Source: Pseudomonadota bacterium (GTDB taxonomy: Bacteria > Bdellovibrionota_B > Oligoflexia > Oligoflexales > CAIMVM01). From it: 12,623 bases of DNA. Made by a program: the position numbers and the translations under genes. Below, piece after piece: positions 7,067-12,623 of this stretch. The notes under the pieces were generated by a model, which saw nothing but the letters and a program-made list of their open reading frames with translations, searched no databases and had not been told where the DNA came from. How positions within the stretch are numbered: the first letter of the stretch is position 1; each line of letters begins with the position of its first letter. The stretch covers positions 1 to 12,623 of the forward strand of contig JBAXBA010000097.1 of NCBI GenBank assembly GCA_037142195.1, read 5' to 3'.

Positions 7067-7687
7067 ATGAGGGATATGAATACGCAGGCTATTCCTGATT
7101 TTCTTAAAAGAGTGAATGTAGTCCCAATGGCTTCCTGGGAAGATCTTCCTTTGAAATCAGCCGCGGTTTTAGTGTTATTTGTGAAGCGTCATCAAACTTG
7201 GAATCTCCTTTTAACCCGGCGCTCTGCCCATTTAAACAATCACCGGGGTCAAATCGGTTTTCCTGGCGGCATGCGCGAAAAAGAGGATGCCTCACCTGAA
7301 GCCACGGCTCTTCGGGAATACGAAGAAGAATTAGGAGTGCCTCTGGATAGGGTTTGTGTTCTTGGCTGTTTAAAAGGAGAGCAAAACATCGACCATCTCC
7401 ATGTGATCCCTGTGGTGGCTTTTACGACCGACCCAGGACTCTTTCATCCTTCGACCCATGAAGTTGCTGAAGTATGGGAAGTAGCTATCGAGGAACTTGC
7501 CAACTTTAGCGTCTTTCGTTTTAACTCCTTTGGACAATGGCGAAGTTCTGATTTATTCCAAACTCATGCCGTTAACATTTGGGGTCTTTCTGCACGAATA
7601 CTGCGCAGCGCCGGGTTTCCTGAACTCTTAAAAGCAGGTAGTGAGCCGGATTCTTTGCCTTCTGATGAGATAAGTCAGTCTTTCTAG
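7067..7687 (+). CDS. CoA pyrophosphatase-type Nudix hydrolase (NudL/PCD1 family)
   Basis: SAAVLVL, the CoA-subfamily motif LLLTRRSAHLNNHRGQIGFPGG, Nudix box GGMREKEDASPEATALREYEEELGV and C-terminal IWGLSARIL. The start may be the second Met (7076). Confidence 0.9.
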   Translation: MRDMNTQAIPDFLKRVNVVPMASWEDLPLKSAAVLVLFVKRHQTWNLLLTRRSAHLNNHRGQIGFPGGMREKEDASPEATALREYEEELGVPLDRVCVLGCLKGEQNIDHLHVIPVVAFTTDPGLFHPSTHEVAEVWEVAIEELANFSVFRFNSFGQWRSSDLFQTHAVNIWGLSARILRSAGFPELLKAGSEPDSLPSDEISQSF

Positions 7688-7817
7688 CTGTTATTAAACG
7701 AGCCATATTCCTATTTTAAAACGAGCCTAGAATTCGCATTTTTCCCTCCCGCAAGCCAACCTGAAATGGAACGTGGGATTGGCTAGGAGGCGGACTTTAA
7801 AAAAGTTCAAAAACTCA

Positions 7818-7832
7818 TTTTTTTTTTTTTTT
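7818..7832 (+). repeat. T15 homopolymer in the spacer upstream of sucB
   Basis: 15 consecutive T, flanked by hairpins at 7745-7790 and 7832-7862. Confidence 0.9.
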
Positions 7833-7951
7833 CCTCGGAGTAAAACCCTTACTCAATGAGGACTTATGTAGCAAACATGCAAAATTTGCCGTATGTTTAT
7901 TTTTTCGTACGCCGAATGAATACAAGATCACTTCCAAACTAAGGAACGTCT

Positions 7952-9199
7952 ATGCCAGTTGAAGTTAAAGTACCCAGTGTCGGCGAATCTATCAAAGAGG
8001 GAATGATAGGCACTTGGCGTAAAGCCTCAGGTGACCTTGTCCAACGTGATGAGGTTTTGTTAGATCTTGAAACAGATAAAGCCAGTGTGGAAATCGTAGC
8101 TGAGGTTTCAGGTAAACTCGAAATTTTAGCAAAAGTAGGCCAAGTCGTAAAAATAGGCGAAGTGATTGCCAATATTGATCCTTCGGCATCAATGCCTGCG
8201 CAAACACCGACCGCGGCTAAAGAATCAAATGCCGCTTCCACTGCTAAAGAAGCTGATAACGGGCCAGCAGTTCGAAGAATGGCTGCAGAAACAGGTATCG
8301 ACCCAAATACTTTAGAAGGCTCGGGAAAAGACCAGCGCGTCACTAAAGGAGACATGATTCACGCTCAGGAAAAGGCGGCGACGTCTCCACAGACTTCAAA
8401 AGCTTCTCCCGCACAAAGTTCAAGCGCTCAGTCGGCCCCAAAAGGTAAAAATGAACCTTCCGCTCCCGTGGAACTACCAAAACTATCAGGTAGCGCTAGA
8501 GAAGATTCCAGAAAACCGATGTCCATGATGCGTCGCCGAATAGCGGAACGTTTAGTTCAGTCCCAAAACACGGCTGCAATTTTAACGACCTTCAACGAGC
8601 TCGACATGACGGCGGTTACGGAACTCAGAAAGCGTTATGCCGATAAGTTTCAAGAAAAATACAATATTAAATTAGGATTTATGGGCTTTTTTATTAAGGC
8701 CGCAGTAGATGCTCTTCAAACATACCCTGAAATCAATGCGTTTATTGACGGAAATGATGTGATCTACCATAACTATTGTGATTTTTCCGTGGCTGTATCC
8801 ACAGAAAAAGGTCTCCTCACCCCCGTGATTCGCGATTGTGATAAAATGTCGATTGCTGGCATTGAGTTAGCTATTGCAGCCATGGCCAAGAAGGCTCGAG
8901 ATAATAAAATTTCTATCGACGATCTTACGGGTGGCACCTTTACGATTTCCAATGGCGGCATCTTTGGCTCACTCATGTCAACTCCCATAATCAATCCACC
9001 ACAAACTGCTATTTTAGGCATGCATAAAACCATGCTGAGGCCCATCGTAATGCCTGATGGCAAGATAGAAGCTAGACCTATGATGTATTTAGCTCTTTCC
9101 TATGATCACCGTATGGTTGATGGCAAAGAAGCGGTTCAGTTTTTGGTACGTATCAAAGAGAATTTAGAAGATCCAGCACGTCTGCTATTGGGAGTTTAA
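7952..9199 (+). CDS. sucB: 2-oxoglutarate dehydrogenase E2, dihydrolipoyllysine-residue succinyltransferase
   Basis: Single lipoyl domain (VPSVGESI...LETDKA), E3-binding domain ([14 protein letters not shown]...GSGK-x2-RVTKGD), catalytic domain [27 protein letters not shown] and [17 protein letters not shown] at 7941-7945. Confidence 0.96.
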   Translation: MPVEVKVPSVGESIKEGMIGTWRKASGDLVQRDEVLLDLETDKASVEIVAEVSGKLEILAKVGQVVKIGEVIANIDPSASMPAQTPTAAKESNAASTAKEADNGPAVRRMAAETGIDPNTLEGSGKDQRVTKGDMIHAQEKAATSPQTSKASPAQSSSAQSAPKGKNEPSAPVELPKLSGSAREDSRKPMSMMRRRIAERLVQSQNTAAILTTFNELDMTAVTELRKRYADKFQEKYNIKLGFMGFFIKAAVDALQTYPEINAFIDGNDVIYHNYCDFSVAVSTEKGLLTPVIRDCDKMSIAGIELAIAAMAKKARDNKISIDDLTGGTFTISNGGIFGSLMSTPIINPPQTAILGMHKTMLRPIVMPDGKIEARPMMYLALSYDHRMVDGKEAVQFLVRIKENLEDPARLLLGV

Positions 9200-9202
9200 C
9201 GA

Positions 9203-10603
9203 ATGAGCGATACCTACGATCTCATAGTCATCGGTGGCGGCCCAGGAGGGTATGTAGCTGCCATTAGAGGCGCCCAACTAGGTCTCAAGACCGCTTGCGT
9301 GGAAATGCGTGAAACCCTTGGGGGAACGTGCCTCAATGTAGGATGCATTCCTTCTAAAGCCCTTTTAGAGTCTTCCCATTATTACTTCCGAGCTAAGCAT
9401 GAGTTTGCAAGTCACGGCATTTCTTTTTCTGAGCTTTCATTCAACTTAGCAGAGATGATCAAGCGCAAAAATGAAGTGGTTTCAGGCATGACCGGAGGCG
9501 TAGAATTTCTATTCAAAAAGAATAAAGTGACCTGGCTCAAGGGAATGGGTTCTATTGTAAAGCCTGGCCTCGTTAAGGTCACTGCTAAAGACGGCACTGC
9601 TGTAGACTACGTTGGTAAAAACATTATGATTGCCACGGGCTCTGAACCCATTGCAATACCCTCAGCGCCTTTTGATCATCAATTGATTTGTGACTCAACG
9701 GACGCTTTAAATTGGAGTTCTGTACCTAAACATTTGGTTGTCGTCGGTGGTGGCGTGATCGGACTAGAAATGGCTTCCATTTGGTCACGACTGGGAGCCA
9801 AAGTCACTGTCTTAGAAGCCTTAGATAAAATTTTAGGCCCCATGGACCGTGGTATTAGCACCGCCCTTCAAAAGATATTGGAAAAAGAGGGCATCACCTT
9901 TGAACTCTCCACTCTCTTAGAATCCACAAAAATCAAAGGTTCGTCGGTGGGACTTACCGCAAAAAAAGACGGTAAAACAGTGGAATTTGAAGCCGATAAA
10001 GTCCTAGTGGCCGTCGGTCGACGCCCCTATACGGAGCGCTTAGGTCTTCTAGATCTGGGTGTAGAGTTGGATGCGCGCGGACGCGTAAAAATTGATACCC
10101 ATTTTAAAACAAATGTTCCTGGCATTTATGCCATCGGCGATGCCGTGCAAGGTCCTATGCTTGCCCATAAAGCAGAGGAAGAAGGAATTGCTGCTTCCGA
10201 AGGGATTGCTGGTAAAGCAGGACATGTAAACTATGAGGCGATTCCTGGAGTCGTTTACACTTGGCCTGAAGTAGCTAGCGTGGGTGCGACCGAAGAAGAG
10301 CTGAAAGCCAAAGACGTAAAATATAAAAAAGGTCAATTTAATTTCCGGGCCAACGGCCGTGCTAAAGCTATGGGCGACAGCGAAGGATTTGTAAAAGTCC
10401 TTGCTGATGAAAAAACGGATCGACTTCTCGGCGTTCATATTATTGGCCCCAATGCCTCGGAACTTATCGGGGAAGTTGCTATCGCATTTGAATTTGGAGC
10501 CAGTGCTGAAGATCTTGCCCGAGCGGTCCATGCCCACCCTACCCTTACAGAAGCCATTAAGGAAGCTTCGCTTGGTGTAGACGGCAGAATGATACATTCA
10601 TAA
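9203..10603 (+). CDS. lpdA: Dihydrolipoyl dehydrogenase (E3)
   Basis: FAD motif GGGPGG, redox disulfide GGTCLNVGCIPSK, NAD motif GGGVIG, AIGD-x3-GPMLAHKA and HAHPTLTE. Confidence 0.97.
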   Translation: MSDTYDLIVIGGGPGGYVAAIRGAQLGLKTACVEMRETLGGTCLNVGCIPSKALLESSHYYFRAKHEFASHGISFSELSFNLAEMIKRKNEVVSGMTGGVEFLFKKNKVTWLKGMGSIVKPGLVKVTAKDGTAVDYVGKNIMIATGSEPIAIPSAPFDHQLICDSTDALNWSSVPKHLVVVGGGVIGLEMASIWSRLGAKVTVLEALDKILGPMDRGISTALQKILEKEGITFELSTLLESTKIKGSSVGLTAKKDGKTVEFEADKVLVAVGRRPYTERLGLLDLGVELDARGRVKIDTHFKTNVPGIYAIGDAVQGPMLAHKAEEEGIAASEGIAGKAGHVNYEAIPGVVYTWPEVASVGATEEELKAKDVKYKKGQFNFRANGRAKAMGDSEGFVKVLADEKTDRLLGVHIIGPNASELIGEVAIAFEFGASAEDLARAVHAHPTLTEAIKEASLGVDGRMIHS

Positions 10604-10633
10604 TTTGTGGGATGATAAAAGGAGAACGGATTC

Positions 10634-12623
10634 ATGTCGAATAGGTTCAGTTTTGCTGCCGGTTCCAACGCTGATTTTTTAGATACTTTATATCTGAATT
10701 TTCAAAAGGACCCAGCTAGTGTCGATGAAACTTGGCGAAAGTTTTTTGAAGGCTTTGAATTCGGCTCAAATCGCTCTGATTCGGATGTATCTTCTGATAA
10801 AGCGCTTGGACTCTTTAAGGTCCAAAAGCTCATTGATACCTACAGACGCCTTGGTCATCGATCTGCGAACCTCAATCCCCTTGCTCCAAAACCAAGCTTA
10901 AAGCCCGAGCTGTCCCTTAAGTCTTTTGGACTCGATACCGTAGACAAAAAAGCTACTTTTTCTCCCATCGATTTTGGTAACGCCGAGATGACTCTTGAGG
11001 AGATCGAAGCCAGGCTTCAAAGAACCTATACGGGATCTATCGGCGTTGAATTTACCGCCATAGAAAACCCTGAAGCACTTTCTTGGCTCACCCAAAAAAT
11101 GGAATCTCTCGAAGGACGCCCGAAGCTGTCTGCAAAACAGAGAATCTGGGCCTTAGGGAAAGTAGCGAATGCTGAAGGTTTTGAAAAGTTTTTACATACG
11201 AGATTTGTCGGACAAAAACGCTTCTCGGTCGAAGGCCTGGAAGCCCTACTTCCCCTTATCGACACACTTTGTGATGCTACAGCCCGCGAAGGCGCAGAAG
11301 AAGTCGCCATCGGCATGGCACACCGTGGACGACTCAATGTTTTGATCAACATTATGGGCAAGCCCTTTGAAAAATTAGTGAAAGAATTTGAGGGCTCTCC
11401 TTGGTCGGGAGCCGTAGAAGGTGATGTGAAGTATCACTTGGGCTATGCTTCCACCTATAACACCTTCTCAGGAAAATCTTTAAGGACCTATTTAGCTGCA
11501 AACCCTAGCCATTTAGAGGCTGTAAATCCAGTTCTTGAAGGATACACAAGAAGTCGACAGAACTTGATTGAAGATGTCTCTGGCAAGAAAGTAGTTCCCT
11601 TTTTACTGCATGGCGATGCCGCCTTTATTGGTCAAGGTGTAGTAGCAGAAACCTTAAACCTATCTCATTTGAAGTCCTATTCCACTGGCGGCACCGTTCA
11701 TATCATCACTAATAATATGATTGGGTTCACTACAGAGCCGCAAGACTCTCGCTCGACCATGTACTCTTCAGATTTAGCGCGCATGCTTAAAATACCCATC
11801 CTGCATGTGAATGCTGACGATGTTGACGCGGTCATTTGGGTGGGTGAAATCGCGGGCGAATACCGCCAAAAGTTTGGAACCGATGTACTTATTGATCTCG
11901 TTGGCTACCGACGTCACGGTCATAATGAAGGAGAGGAGCCATCCTTCACGCAGCCTCTACTCTATAAAACGATCGCCAATCATCCGACATTATTTACAAT
12001 TTATTCACAAAAGCTTGTGCTGGATAAAGTCGTTACCGAAACTGAGGCTAAAGCGATTTTTGATGCCACAAGAGATCACTTACAAACAGGTCTCGATCGA
12101 GCCAAAGATCCTTCCTTTAAACTGGCGGCAATGAAGTGGCCAAAAGGCTTTGAAAAGCTCATGGAATCTAGCTCCGTTGATGAGAAATCTGTTTTTGAAA
12201 CCATTAAAACTCAAGTTGCCGAATCCTCTTTAAAGGAAGCCCTAAAAGGGCTCACTACCATCCCGGCTGGGTTTAACTTGCATCCCAAAGCAAAAAAAGT
12301 TGTCGACACAAGAAACAGCATGCTGGACCAAGATGGTTCCGTAGATTGGGCGACAGGTGAATTGCTAGCACTGGCTACCTTAGCAAAAGAGGGGCACCCC
12401 ATTCGGTTTTCCGGGCAAGACGTGAAGCGTGGTACCTTTACAAGCCGACATTCCGTATTATTTGACTACGACAGTGGCGCAGAGCTTCAAATTTTAACTC
12501 AATTAGGGGGAGCACGAGTCGATATCGTCAATACCCCCCCTTCCCAAGCTGCTTGCATGGGATTTGAGTAGTGGTATTTGCATTTCAGCCAAAATTCACT
12601 CGTGCTTTGGGAAGATTAGTTTA
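10634..12623 (+). CDS. sucA: 2-oxoglutarate dehydrogenase E1 (partial; in-frame TAG at 12569-12571 and 12617-12619 near the window end)
   Basis: DPASVD-x2-W, YRRLGH, KRFSVEG, IGMAHRGRLNVL, GDVKYHLG, NPSHLE, ThDP motif HGDAA...NN, YRRHGHNE and SGQDVKRGTF. Homology continues past the first TAG (LVLWE). Confidence 0.95.

Noticed and set aside
7767..7783. Sigma54-like TGGAACG...TTGGC upstream of sucB
   Set aside because: The GG-to-GC spacing does not fit the strict -24/-12 geometry.
7939..12402. Antisense and alternate-frame ORFs within sucB, lpdA and sucA (e.g. 7939-8355, 10049-10597, 11811-12134), and likewise within the GT, asnS and Nudix genes
   Set aside because: They lie almost entirely within well-conserved genes and show no motifs, as expected of shadow ORFs arising from codon bias.
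12569..12619. TAG stop-codon reassignment or readthrough (e.g. TAG=Gln)
   Set aside because: The two TAGs align to different residues (Tyr and Gln), TAG ends asnS at its expected C-terminus, and no internal TAG occurs in the other conserved genes.

Overview
This is a bacterial chromosomal segment of moderate GC and mostly housekeeping content. From left to right it holds: (1) the 5' part of a minus-strand lipoprotein gene that the ORF track missed, with an ITG-C lipobox and a Gly/Thr-rich region that runs off the window in a 9-bp (Gly-Thr-Thr)n tandem repeat; (2) divergently, two tandem GT4 glycosyltransferases tightly coupled to asnS; (3) a 342-bp spacer with a possible 48-aa sORF, a sigma70 promoter and a structured leader; (4) rplM-rpsI with a terminator; (5) a convergent hypothetical protein, possibly a degenerate GNAT with an amphipathic C-tail, paired head-to-head with a bactofilin; (6) a CoA-pyrophosphatase Nudix hydrolase; (7) a structured spacer with a T15 run; (8) the 2-oxoglutarate dehydrogenase genes in the order sucB-lpdA-sucA. 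sucA is interrupted by two in-frame TAG codons in the last 55 bp, most likely low-quality contig-end sequence. No mobile element, CRISPR array, tRNA or rRNA was recognised. The best candidates for undescribed biology are the Thr-repeat lipoprotein with its GT4 pair and the bactofilin with its pseudo-GNAT neighbour; both are inferences, not established systems.
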